Assembly (NCBI GenBank): GCA_951406725.2 | Contig: OX597820.1 | Location: 90,892,001-90,956,000 of the forward strand | Length of the DNA stretch: 64,000 nucleotides | Source of the DNA: Octopus vulgaris | Taxonomy: Eukaryota | Reading direction: 5' to 3' | Shown here: positions 26,631 through 40,458 of the stretch, piece by piece | Numbering within the stretch: position 1 is the stretch's first letter | Layout of the letters: the number at the start of each line of letters is the position of its first letter | Program-made: the position numbers and the translations under genes | The notes under the pieces: generated by a model | The model's input: only the letters and a program-made list of their open reading frames with translations | The model's database searches: none | Told to the model about the DNA's origin: nothing

Positions 26631-27458
26631 CTTAATATATTCATGTATCCGTTCGTGCATGTACATCCATCCATCTATACATGCACACATACCTACATAC
26701 ATAAATATATACACACAAACATACATTCGTACATATCTGCAAACACATAACACTGAACCAAATATATCAAATACATTAACTCACGGGAAGACAAGCTCGT
26801 CATGATTTTTCCGAAAAAGCAATAAAACGAAGAATAATAGTATGTAAATTGGCAGCATTAAATAAATAAATAAAAAACAGTCACAAGACAAAGATTTCAT
26901 TTCCTGCACCATTTCTTTGGGAAAATGTCATGTTAGTTCAAAAATAACTTTTCTATTGTACTTCGTATTTGCTAGCAGTCTATAGTACCGCCACGAGGAA
27001 ATACTAGCAAAGCTAAAAGTGATTTCGGTTATTCCAGCACTTATTCGTGAGAAGTATAACACAAAATCGATGGTGAATTTTCTGTCTATCCATTTGTGTA
27101 CGTATGTATACATCTATCTGTTTATCTATCTATTTATTGAGCTATCTATGTATCTATCTATCTATTTATTTAGCTATCTATCTATCTATTTATCTATCTA
27201 TCTATGTGTCTCTCAGTTTGTCTGTCCGTCCGTCTGTCTGAATGTTAATCTGTCTGTTGCTTTTCATTTAAAAACCATCTGAAGGAATCTTTAGAAACAG
27301 ATAGGTATAAACACACGGATACGCACACAAACGTATACAGTAACAAATAGATAATATATGCACTCATATATAAATATATGTGTGTGTGTGTGTGTGTGTA
27401 AACACATCCTTATATATGCATATGTGTCTGTTTCTGTCTCTGTGCGTGCACACGAGTG

Positions 27459-27888
27459 TTTTAATTGTTTCAGTCATTTGACTGCGGCCATGGTGTGTCA
27501 CCACCTTGAAGAATTGAAATCGAACGTTTGCCCCCCCTCTCCCCCAAGTAATTATTAGTTTTTTTTTTAGTCTAGTACTTATTCTATTGTTCACTTTTGC
27601 CGAATCACTAAGGTATGAGAACATAAACACAGCAACACCGGTTGTCAAGCGGTTCTGGGGTCAAACACAAAGACGCAAACATTGATATATATATATATAT
27701 ACACTTATAGGTAGATACATATATACATGCACGTATGCATGCATGCATACGATGAGCCACTTTCAGTTTTCATCTATAGAATCTATGGTCTGCTCGAAGT
27801 TATAGCAGAAGACTGTTGCCCAAGGCGCCACGTAGTAGGAATGAACCTGGATCCAAATGGCTAGAAACAATACATCTAACCACATACT
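27459..27888 (-). mobile_element. SINE family A, diverged
   Basis: tgtttcagtcatttgactgcggccatg...ttgcccaaggcgccacgtagtaggaatgaacc. Confidence 0.85.
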
Positions 27889-28772
27889 CACACACGCATA
27901 TACATTTATATTTACAAGTATAGATACAGATACCTATGTACCAGAGTAAGCACACAAATGCGAAACAATGGGGAAAAAAATTAGTACTCGAATACCGGAT
28001 ATAGAATAATACGCTTTTATTAACACCGTAACAACATGGAAAAGTGCACATACACATACGCACACCTAAAGTATGATATGCCGGTGCAGCCTCATCAGGA
28101 TTGGGACTAGGGAAATTCAGGATGAACAAATATGGGACTAGGAAATACTAGTGCCGATGATTCATCGGTACTAGCTTCGGTCCCTTATTCTCCAACGTAC
28201 AACGGTGGCTTTCGTGTTACCAAGGAATTTATCCATGCCCTTTGGTTCTATGCATTAGAATCAAAGATTTATCTTGTGCTTCTCACCTGAGTATAAACGG
28301 AAACTGCTCATGGACACACACACACACACACACATACGCACACATGCACACCTACACACACAAACGCATGCATGTACACACACATAGACATAATTATTTC
28401 TGTGGATAGGAGATTTCTTGGAATTTATTCTGAATTATGCACCAAACTTATTTCCTTTTCAGGCTAAATCCTTAGTCTGATGCTAACTAAGCCATCTATC
28501 GCAGCCGAGAGGAATCGCCGTTAAACTGTGCCAATTACTACAAATCGAATTAATCAGACTCACTAGATTTAGTGGCCATATATTAACTATATTTATTTCC
28601 GAAAGTAGATCAAAGTGATGTCGTGAACGAAACAGAATTTTTAACTCGTAATATACACGATCAATCGTTTCCTTTGAGAGAAATTAAGCATTTTTTCATT
28701 CCTCACAATGCAGTCGCATCGCCCGATCTCTGTCTGTCTGTATATCTGTCTGTCTCTCCGTGTGTGCAACTC

Positions 28773-28812
<40 letters not shown>

Positions 28813-28979
28813 GATATATATATATATATATATATACACAATGCCATATACAAAGCAATATATAAAAGATTTATTGTCAGCTTACTTAAATATGCTTTTC
28901 ACGTGGCTATAACTCATATCTCTAGTTATAGCTGTGCTTTTAGCATCTGCAGTCTCGGTTAGTGCCGACTAAATTTTTC

Positions 28980-29585
28980 CAGAGAGCGATGAGTAAATTG
29001 TTACCATTTAATATTAATTCGCGCATGGACACTATTTGATTTTAATTTTGTCGACTAAACAGTACAGTCGGGACAGTTGGGCACCTTCTATGAGAAAAAC
29101 AGTAACGTGACGCAATTCAGTCTGCCAGAAATTTGGAAACGACATGCTGTACTACTTGGCATTAATACCGGAAGATGCAATACAAATGTTTCAGAGTCTC
29201 TGGATGTCAAACTGAGGATATGTGCTGCGGGTAATAAATATCAAACATCCAATCAACATCATAGTGTTTGGAGTGATCACTAGTGATGGCGATATTATGC
29301 CTCCATTCATCTTCCCACACGGCCTCAGACTCGACACGTAGGCCTATATCAAGTTCCTGGAGGAGGTAGTGCTGCCCTGGGTAAATTGTCACCATTTCAT
29401 ATGTTTAATATTCGAAAGTCGTCTGAAGGGAGTGGTTGAAGACAACGGCGATCTTATTAAATAAATTTACTCTTTAGTATTTGAAGATATCTTTATGTAA
29501 TGTTGGTAAATATATCTGTTCAAATGTAGTCAGTGTTATTTTTATTTTCGCGTAATTTAGACGACAGTATATTCACCGCAACCTG
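28980..29585 (+). mobile_element. Internally deleted Tc1/mariner-superfamily element (maT/DD37D-like)
   Basis: ~29243-29383 translates as KHPINIIVFGVITSDGDIMPPFIFPHGLRLDT*AYIKFLEEVVLPWV; C-terminal FESRLKGVVEDNGDLIK*; degenerate TIRs, with the right end ...caacctg followed by TA. Confidence 0.75.
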
Positions 29586-29642
29586 TATATATATATATAT
29601 ATATGAATTTATGTATACAGTTATAGAAATAGATAGATAAAT

Positions 29643-29726
<84 letters not shown>
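29586..29726. repeat. (TA)n microsatellites
   Basis: Direct reading. Confidence 0.9.
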
Positions 29727-29730
<4 letters not shown>

Positions 29731-30266
29731 AAAGAGAGTGAGAAACAGAGAGTGCGGGAGAGATAGGTGCAAAAGCTAAAATACAGGCAGTGACAGTTTA
29801 TGTAGGGAAGCTAAAGTATTGATATTAATTTTCTGTACCTGACACCTGAATTGTTCAAAGTATCACAAACGAAAGATTGCACATGTGATTAGTCACACTT
29901 TTTGTTTCTAAGAGATGGGCAGCCATTAGTTTTAAAGAAGGTTGTTTATCATTCGATGGCATATCAATTTCGTTTCTTGTAGCCAAATCTAATAATATGA
30001 TTGAGCTAGGAGAAGTAATTAAGAAAAACTATAGAAACTACCCTTATCTATTGCGTATGAGTTGTCCATTGTTAAGCGAGCATTCAGGAATGTTCAGCGG
30101 TTATCACAACACCTAAAGGTGGCGACGTGGTGTTCCAGCTTCTTGTTACATCATAAGGTACAATATGTGTAGTACCAACGAAATTTATGCCTCATCTAAT
30201 ATCTATCAGCCACCACTGAAATTCATGGCTCTCTAGCTATTTAAAGTCACGCTGTATGAACGAACC

Positions 30267-30480
30267 TACAAGTGGGGGCTGAAAACTTCCTGGCTTTAAG
30301 GGTGTCCGCGAAAGGTCCGGTTGGAGGCCCAAACTTCTAAGTTCTTTTATAGAGCTTAGAAAATCGGTACTGCTGCAACAAGTGTGTGAATCAGAGATAG
30401 GAAAACGTTGAATAAGATCATAAGTAACAGTTCCTCTTGTAGTTTTTTTTTATCCAAAGAATGGAACATTCTTTGATATA
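30267..30480 (+). mobile_element. Mariner-derived MITE / deletion derivative
   Basis: TA-caagtgggggctgaaaacttcc resembles a mariner TIR; NKCVNQR*ENVE* resembles the mariner C-terminal KCxxxxGDYVE motif. Confidence 0.5.
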
Positions 30481-33400
30481 CACACGCACATATATATAAA
30501 TACATACATACACACACATATATATATATATGTATGTACGTATGTATTATGTTTTTATGCATGTAACTATGTATGTCTGTATGTAAGTACGTAGGAGATG
30601 ACAATATTCGAAGAATTATAATTATCTTTGTAGCTAAAATCGATAACACCCTTCAGGGTTTTGAAATGTCAAAATAACAAGCAAATAAGATAATTCGAAT
30701 TATAGCTGTTATTTTTCGAAAAGATTGTGCGCTTAGATGTCTGAAATAACAGGAAATTCACAAGTCATAAAATCTGACGCTGGGGGTTATACTGCCTTCT
30801 TCAGGGGTTATAGCACAACATGCTTCTGCTTTCTATTTTTCATGATAAGCAAATTTATTTATACTCATGAAACTCTCTTGAAGATACATTTACAGTTATT
30901 ATGATGAGAGATTTTACAACAGTTTCCATATATTGGACATTAATTGTAGCATAAACAGAAATATAATAGATTAGTTGCGGCTGATGAACATTTATATTCT
31001 AATGTTAATCCCTTTTAGTGATATATCCCTAGATATAGTTTAATGCATATGTCATCGAATGATATATAGAAACATAACATACAACATCATCCCGTATACA
31101 ATTTGCATGATTTTTGCAACAAGCTGTATTGAGATCAAGAGTGATTTTAGAAGTAACACAGAATTAACTGTATATGTTCGAGTTCGTAAATTTTGGAGTC
31201 ATAAGTATAGTGACATTTCGGGCAAAGTATTTTGTCTGAATCACATTTTTCAACATTTTTAGTGTCCTGAGTATATAGAAAATATTTATTTGTCCAAATG
31301 TATGCATGATTAACTTCCCCTGATATATGAATCTATTCTAATCAGGATAATGTACTAAATAATATTTGCTGACACAAGACATTACTACCATCCTGTGAAT
31401 TTTTATTTTTGATATTTTCTAAGGATCCTTTTTGTTGTCTTGAAATTATTACACCATGTTTTTCACTCCACAATCATTTTATAATTTATTCTTAAGAGAA
31501 TACAAATATAACTAATTTATATAGACCTTACAATAAATTGCATCCGTGTCTTAGCTGTGACACATAAAATTGTTCATAAGCACAACGCTGTATAGTTATT
31601 TTCGAAATGCTGAGCCATCTGACCCACCTTATATTTCTTACAGTATAATTCTGGCAGAATAAGTTGTTGATACATTGTTTTAATTAGCGTAATATTTCTC
31701 AATATGGGATTTTAAACATTGGTAATCACTTCTACATATGTAATAACTAAGTATTTATTTTCTTCAATCAATAGTAAGCATTCATAAAATAATACACTCT
31801 TTTGCACTTATGACGATCATGTGTGTTAAAAGGTAATTAGCGGATTACCATTTGTTTCCTCCTCAAAGAATCGAACCCGTTTTGCAAACGCACAACATGC
31901 TATTCAAGACTCTATTTCAATAATATTGAATAACAAAGCTACTTCAAATCAGTATACTCAATAAATTTAATTGGTCGCAGAGTTTTCCGTTCTTATACTT
32001 GCCTCCCTGAGGCAATTAAAACGTTGCTCTCTTTATTTAACACTTCTGCACCCATTATGGTATATTCATTGACTAAATTAATTAAGTTAACAGTAAGAAA
32101 TAATAGTTCTACAACTGTGGTTAATTTGATAAAAATATTTCATTTCATAAACGGATTGGTAAATGTCCATATGGGAGAAAATTATGCAAAATCAATATCT
32201 TTAATTAAGCAATAAATTCGTCAGTACCTCCCCAACATCCATAAAGTATATCAATTATATTTGATTCAAGGCTTACCTCATCCAATATTTGAATTTATAC
32301 TTGCATCGTTTTTGTGAAAGAATGAAAATGCTATCCTTTCTTCGATAGAGTATATTTATATCGATATAAATATATATTATGGCACCTAGTTAAAAGGGTG
32401 CGTAATGAAGAATATGAGATATTTAAAGAGAGAGAAACATTATTCGACAACGCGTTACGATTGTAAAATAAACTTCAATTATAAATCATATTTCTGAATT
32501 TACACTCTACCGTCACTCCATACGTTATGTAACTTCGATATATCGATTATGCAATTTAAAGCTATATTGAAAGTGAATTTTTCAAGTCAATATATATAAG
32601 AGGTAAAGAGTTTGGTATGAGATGTGTATGAACTAATTTGACATTGGATTCATAAGATATTCGATTTACAATTTAGACAATTCATTTCACTTATTGTTAT
32701 ATATTCAGTATCTAAATGCATTCAATAGCATGACAGTTGATTTGGCTATCTCAATGTATTAAGACAAACTTTTCAGAGAGAATTCAGTAATTCATTAAGG
32801 TTTGTGAAACGTCTTCTGACATTTGAAGTGTGAATTACTTTAATATGAAGTTGTTATGAGAGATGCACTAACTCATTAGCTATCGCAATATAAATATATA
32901 TTATAGCATTCATTGATTTTCATCAATGTTGTTAGACCTTCTGCCGCATATAAATATTCCGTTTTTAAAAGGAAACAGCGATGTTTATGGATGCCTTTCC
33001 CTGTTGGAAAAAAATCCACATCGTCATGAATTTATTTTAGTTGAAACAGGTCTTCTGTGCTGTACAATCTATAATATTCTTCGTAAAAACTGCTACATTA
33101 ATCAAAACCTCGTTGTAGAAAATATTCTGTTAATTCAAGAATGTTAAAAATCCAACAAAATTAATTGTTCTCTATAAAATAACGTTTCTTCTGCAAAGAT
33201 TTTCAAAATGTATAAAATTAAAAAGGAAATATTAGTATAACATTAATATGTGAATATTTAATTTAACTTAAACTTGATTGGCATGTAGTGGCTGTCAGGA
33301 TTCTTAAGTGGCACTCATTAATTGCTGTTCATAGATAACTTTTTTCTAATATATGTCGTTTAAAATTTACTAACATAATATGTTAAACGTTTTAAAGGTA

Positions 33401-36271
33401 AATAAAAATATTTTTTTTAAAATGCCACAATTTCCCCTCGTTTGTAAAGTACTTCACTAAATAAATAACTGATATTTATCTTATCAAAAACGACAAGTTA
33501 TAGTTCTGATTTCTATAACTGCAATTAAGAAAATGCCAATGATTACTCTTAATATTCGTCATATATATTTCTTATTGACTTTGAAAATTGAGCTAATTAT
33601 TCCATTTGATCTTTAAACGAGATAGCATTTTAAACATTTCAAAGTTTTCGTTGAACCTTTGACAGCGCATAATGTATAACCTGAAACGAGCAGCACACAG
33701 ATGTGTGTCGTATAATTAAATGCCATACACAAGAAGGTATTTGAACTTCTGTAAGGAACATAAGCTTTCATTGATTTAGGAAAAGCTGATAGTAAATTTA
33801 TTGTGAATTCCATAAATGATAGTAAAATATTAGCTCTAGATGTCCATTCCATAGATGATATAATTCTTAAACTGTTGACCTCTATACGATCTATTTATGC
33901 TGACCCTAATGAGAAACATAACTGAAATTAATTAGTCATATTATCAACAGATTCTTACAAGAATCAAGCTACCTATTCAATATTAAACACAGTGTGCATC
34001 TACAAAGTTTCTCTATCTGCAGTAAATAGCAGGCAATTTCATCCAACCACACATTGTTATTTTAGAAACGAGAGGATACATTGGGTAACGTATCTTAGAT
34101 ATGATAAAAAAAAATGGTGTTACATGGATGTAATGCTTCTAGATAATAAGCTGAACAAACAAGGCTGAACTAAGGCTCTCTTTCACCCAGTTCTCTTTTT
34201 CAATCATTAGACTGCAGTTATGCTGCAGCCTGTCATCTGGATCAAATCTAATAGATGCTGACAAGCTTTTCTTTCCTTGTTTTGCGACATTATAGCGATG
34301 AAGGTTTAAATAAATCATGACAGTGTTTGAGTATAGGGTGTAGAGAGTAAACCTTGTAAAATATTAGGCTAAGATTATAGTTAATCTACTAACGACCTCT
34401 TTACGTTTAGAATGTTCAACAAAATACCTTCTATTCATATCTACTGGAGTTGAAAGCATATTCCTGTTATATAGTATCTTGTAAAGCATCCCTAACTTGA
34501 CCATTCAGTCTTTTAACTGAGTGTAATTATGTCAAAATGGGTCCTTATGAAAAGACAGTTAGTTCTGGTTTGAATAAGATTTAACTGCCATTACTCGCAG
34601 CCCGCGTAAGCACGTAAGCTCAAGGAGCTGGATTGCGGACTATATGACATACTTCAGCAAATTTTAGCAAAATATCATTGTTATCATTGAGGGGGAGCGA
34701 TTCCTTGTGCTACTGCAAGACTGTGCGGTTTTAAGATGAAGTGCCAAACCATAATTAAGAAAGACAGGAAAGCAAGTAAAATGACACAAAACGCTGAGCA
34801 CAAAGATAAATAATTTGCGGTGTCATACGCGATGGTACGTATGTCTACTTTCCTATAAAGTTGCAGTTGAGTTTAGATTTTATCACTGTATTGTGAATAA
34901 AATACATATTCTAGATTGATTCAGTATAATAAGGTAGAAGCAAAGTTGGTTATGTTAGCAGTGAAAAACGGAACCATTACTGACTGTCAGCATATTATAG
35001 CAGCTCTGTCAGGAAAAATATTCGTCACTAATAAATACTCGTAAATCCTTCAATGATCTCTCATTCTCACTCTTTCTGTTTCTCACTCACTCTCTTTCTG
35101 TCTGTCTCTCTCTCTCTCTCACACACAGATTCACACATACATATACCTACACAAAGGGATTGAGATGGGGCTCACACTCATTCACAAAAAAACATTTCCG
35201 AAATAAATGTGATGTTGATTGGAGAATAGTTCTAAGAAAAAGAATAATCTAACATATACTTCATGCAAGTCAGCTAATTTTATAAATGCACGCGCGCGTG
35301 TGTGTGTGTATATATGACTTAGAGATACTGAGTGCAGGTATATGTTTGCTTGTGTGTATGTATGATATATATACATATATATATCGTTAGATAGATACTC
35401 AGACTGATAGAAAAACATACATACATGCATTCACACACATAATATATATATATATAATTTTCAGGAGTGTAACTTTTCATTTAACATCTTGTGATAACAC
35501 CACCGGTCTACTTTATATTGAGGATTTTCATATATTTTTATGGTTTCCTTGCAAGTTATTACCGTAAACATCTGACCATCAGTCATTTACGATTCTCGGC
35601 CTTAGAGTTTCATCATTTGCGAGAAGCAGGCTTGGATCTTTTGGCAACCGCTTCATATTAGGCAGTGATGATATTTCGTAGATTTTTTAGTTTTATACTC
35701 TTCTATTTATACAGCAGCAAACAGTTATAGCTTCAATTTTCTTCGACATTATTTCATTATATGCATACTTGCTACAGCATATGTGGTGTTATGAGTATTA
35801 CATTCATCATAAATCATCTATGCGGTTTCCAGAATGGAATATATGCATCTTTTACTGCTTTTTACAAGTTGTATCAAATTGTTATATCATTTAGTGCATA
35901 TGCAATTGAACGGTAGATGTTGTAAATTAATGGTAAATCGTTCGTTGAGTTGTAAGTTGTAAGCAAATATTACTGTTGGAGACCTGATATATAAGACATT
36001 TACATTTATGCACTCAAATACATAAAGCACATTGGTCATTAACAACGTGTTACAAGATGAAAGTTTTTGTGGTCCATTATTCAATAAAAGGCTTTGAATG
36101 TTAGTGTTTTTGTAGCATATAATTAATTTTGATTTATGGAGTAGCGTATTTTGCGTCCTCTATATAAACACACGCGTGCGCACACACAAAAACACGTTTA
36201 TGTTCTTGTTTTGCAAATGATCATTCCCAATTACAACAAAACGTATATACATATATATATATATATATATA

Positions 36272-36510
36272 TTCAGTTCAAATAAACGAATTAAATTAAC
36301 GGACAAGAAGAGGTGCACAAGAAGTGTATTAGCTTGACGCTCTTTGGAAAGAGAGTGCTTGACGTTTCGAGCATAGCTTTTGGTCGGAAAAGAGAAAAGG
36401 AAAATCTAAAGAAGTAAGAGAAATCACCAATAGCACGTGTGTAATTACATATATATAACTGCAGTATCGGAGCATGGCCGAAGCTCTCGAACTGAAACTA
36501 GTTAACGAGT
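36272..36510 (-). mobile_element. (TA)n-flanked element with degraded hammerhead-like motif (related to 48303-48395)
   Basis: The minus strand reads CCGACCA-aa-agctatgct-c-GAAACGTC; it shares tgtattag..t.acgctc with the 48303 fragment. Confidence 0.5.
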
Positions 36511-36522
36511 TATATATATACA

Positions 36523-36559
<37 letters not shown>

Positions 36560-37099
36560 TTACATATATATATATATGTATGTATGTATGTGTGTATGTA
36601 TGTAGCAAGTGGGAGACAGAGAATTCCTTGCAATACGCAGCCTAATCCTCTGCGCTCTGAGTTAATTTCTACGCATGTCAGCTATAATGTTCATTCTTAA
36701 AGTTTGCTTAAACAAAAATAACCCACTTTAATGAATTGTGGGCCTATTCGAAGTTTAGGACGTAATATCTTCTGGTATGTGTCCGGACCCGTACGTTTTA
36801 TTATATATATATATATATACATTCACAAAACTTTGCATACATGTTAAACTAACATCCCTTTCAATTATAGGCTAATTGGACTTCTATAAAAATAGAGTGT
36901 GCGCCTTGGGGGATTTGAGCTGTTATATGATAAAATGAAAACGGTGCAAAGAGCGTTACGTTGAGGTCAAATGTGGTGTCATCATAAACGTGACTGATAT
37001 CAGGGAGAGGGATGAGACAATGAGAGACAGGGAATATGAGAAGACAGAGAGAGAGAGATAGAGAGACAGGGACAGCGGGAAAGAGACGGAAGAGAACAG

Positions 37100-38065
37100 C
37101 GAATTCTAATACATTTAAAAAAAAATTTTACTTATTAGTTCACGCATTTTCACTTTAGTAAATTTACTCAGTCAAAACTTATACTCAGTCAAAACGTTTA
37201 CAATCTGTCCAACAACAGATGTTTTATATGTGTTTTCAAATCACCGTATTCAAATTTGTTAAAACTTACTGAAACAATACTTAGTGAAACAACGTACTGA
37301 AATAATAAAACTATAAATAATGCCTTTCATTTTGTTCCATAGCTAAAACTGTTTCATTGTTATCATAAATTGTAAAATAACACACAACTCAATGCAGCAG
37401 ACGTAAGAATATAAAAACATTCAGAGTAGTTTTCTCTTAACATTGCACCTTCAATACTACTTATATGGAATTTTACATCATCTCAAGATCCTAATGGCCC
37501 GAAAAAATATTCAATTCCATCTTCCAGTTTTCAACGCGTGTAATTGTCTGTCTCTCGACTGTTGTAGAGTCTTCCCTGTTGCTGTCACATTGTGAAATTT
37601 TAAAATTAAGTCAACATTTTCAAATTTGGTATATTGAAATAATTTTCCACGGGAAATCCGATTTTGTTATTTGGGTTTAAGGTTTAATCAATTTTACATA
37701 ACCAGAAAACGGGATTTTGATGCAGGCATTTCCTGCATGATAGTTGTCAATCACAAAGTGAAAGCAAAATCATTACGGGGAGAAATGTGAAACAAAAGAA
37801 AGCAAGGCATTACGACGATCAAAGTTGTTTAAACTTCTGACGTTTAAATACGTTTTAATGAATAAAAACATATGAAACGGTCGAACAAACATGTTAATAA
37901 TTCAAAAAGGAAAAACATCGTCAAAGCTTTACGAAAAACTGCAGAATTCTCTCCTGAGCAAGAGGCCTATCTACCGGGGAAGACAGAGTCTGAAATGGAA
38001 AAAGCAAAAATTTGCATAGACATTCTATTGTAAAGATTTCCCGACAACGACGAGCAATTTTTAAT
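37100..38065 (+). mobile_element. Possible non-autonomous Helitron-like relic
   Basis: Ends cccgacaacgacgagcaatt, which resembles a decayed cccggcaacgccgggc terminal hairpin; no CTAG terminus is retained. Confidence 0.25.
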
Positions 38066-38080
38066 ATATATATATATGTG

Positions 38081-38111
<31 letters not shown>

Positions 38112-39529
38112 ACACATTTTTTTAATACCTCCTTCGGACTGCTTGTCCTACAATTCGATCCTTTAATCTTACCTTTACATATATATGTATGTGTATGTGT
38201 CTCTATGGATGTATGTGTGTTTGTGTAAACGGATAAATAGATAGACATTCAAAAACATAAAAATACCCCCATGCATGCACTCACACGCCTCTGTTCATGC
38301 GTATATGTGAATTTGTTTTATTTTCTTCTTATTTTCTAGGTATCATACACTCAACCAGAAGTTAAGCACGCTTTGACAAATTACTTGCAGCTGGAAATGA
38401 TGTTTATATGAATGTATGTTTTATGTGCGTTTAATTATCATACAGAGTGTATATACTTACAGAAAGTTAGATATATAGATAAATAATTGTGTATGAATAT
38501 TATTTTACATCTATCTGTGTGTGTGGACAGAATGCTATGTTGTGTGTCTCACACTGCATAGCAATATATAAAACTCAAAAATGAACTCAGCTTCTACAAA
38601 CTGGCAGATAACATATTGGAAAATCGGGAAATATGTTGTTTTAAAATTAAATATATATCATACAGAACTTATCGGACTGCAAAATGAAACTTTTCTTTCT
38701 GTCTCCCAACTTCGAATTTTTCAGAATTTTTCTAAGTCTATTTTTGGAAAGAAAAATCATAGAATCAACAAAAATAGTTGTATATGATGTTAATTTATTT
38801 TCTGAAAAGTAAAAACGATTTCTCATTACTCTTTGAATAATTGCCTTAATAACAGTTAACAATGCTGCAAGACTTAAAGAAGAAAACGTAAAGACATTTC
38901 ATTAGGATACATTGATTTTTGCGGGCTTTTTTGTTCTGTTTTTTTCCAGCAAAATGTCAAATAAAAATGAATTTTAGCTGTTTGGGTTTTTGAATTTTTG
39001 TAGTTTACTATATACAGATTTTTCAGCTCTATTTTGTAATCAATTTATTACATTTTCTAATGTTTTCTTTTTGTTTCTTTGCTACATTAAAACAGAAAAA
39101 ATTGTACCTGATTTTGTTGTATTTTCCTTTTTTCAGTTGCGTTGATAATATTCCCTCCAAAGAACAATTCATTTTAATTGAGATGTTAAGCAATGTTTGA
39201 GGAACTGTTTGCTTGCTTAAAAAAATATATATCGCGAGCAGTTCTCAACAATATGGTATCATATGCAGATATATGCAATCGCAGTTTGTCACTCTTTACA
39301 TCTGAACCAATAATATTTTATGTTATTTATCCTTTACGAACAAATGTACTTTTCTTGTTCAATACCATTTTCTAATTGTAATTATATATAGTGTTTAATA
39401 AAGTTTTAACTGGATAAATTTAGAATCTAAACACAGACGAAGAGCACACGAGTTATATAATACACAAATTAACTAAACAAGTTGGTTTTGATTTTATCAC
39501 TGAAATTAAGTTTTTGTTTTGCTTAAATC

Positions 39530-39583
<54 letters not shown>

Positions 39584-39932
39584 CATATTTAGCACGTGGA
39601 GCAAAATGCTTAGAAATATTTCATCCACCTTCACGTTCTGAGTTCAAATTCCGCCGAAGTTGACTTTGCCTTTTATTATTTCGAGATCGATGAAATAATA
39701 ATAATAATAATAATAATAATCCTACCTACTGTAAGCACAAGGCCTGAAATTGTGCGGGAAGGGTTAGTCGATTACGTCAAACCCAATACGTAACTTGTTC
39801 TTATTTAATCGATCTCGAAATAATAAAAGGCAAAGTCAACCTCGGCGGAATTTGAACTCAGAACGTTAATGTGAATGAAATACTTCTAAGCATTTTGCTT
39901 CACGTGCTAATGCTTCTGCCAGCTCACTGCCT
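39530..39932. mobile_element. Inverted pair of SINE family B copies with (AAT)n tracts
   Basis: Plus copy ~39588-39700 (cgttctgagttcaaattccgccga); minus copy ~39722-39932 (tcggcggaatttgaactcagaacg). Confidence 0.85.
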
Positions 39933-40268
39933 AATTGATGATGATAATAACAACCAGTTAATTATTTCCCTGCTGCATAAATATCAGGTTTCAGGTCCGA
40001 CCTCGACATGTCACATCTCTACCTAATATTACGCTAATATTAAACATCTGTCTGTTAAGCACATATCCCTATTTTATTTGCAGTCTGTGTGAATAGTTTA
40101 GTATATACTCATTCTATCTTCTTACTAATTTATCCAAGCGCACATTTCTCTAAACTGAACACTGGCACTAAAGACTTCCAGTTACTTTCATTCAGTCGCT
40201 TTTCTCTATTCTCTCATTTACTTTAAATTCATCTGCCGTCTCTGTCACTTATTGAATAGCATATATCT

Positions 40269-40458
40269 ATTCTACTATAGGCACAAGGCCCAAAGGTTTT
40301 GGAGAGGGGCCCAGTCGATTAGATCGACCCCAGTATCGACCTCGAGAGGATGAAAGCAAAGTCGACATCGGCGGAATTTGAACTCAGAGCATTAAGACAG
40401 ACGAAATAACGCTAAGCATTTCACCCGGCGTGCTAACGTTTCTGCCAGCTCGCCGCAT
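40269..40458 (-). mobile_element. SINE family B with perfect 17-bp TSD
   Basis: ttgaatagcatatatct at 40252-40268 and 40459-40475. Confidence 0.95.

Noticed and set aside
29052-29066. 15-mer gactaaacagtacag shared with the 60469/61177 repeats
   Set aside because: The match does not extend, and a match of this length is plausible by chance in AT-rich sequence.
30640-30815. Minus-strand ccCTGAAGAagg motif
   Set aside because: No properly placed stem II-GAAA-NUH follows.
38320-39260. Strong-looking splice acceptors near 38340 and 39136
   Set aside because: All frames close within about 25 codons, and such tracts are common in AT-rich DNA.
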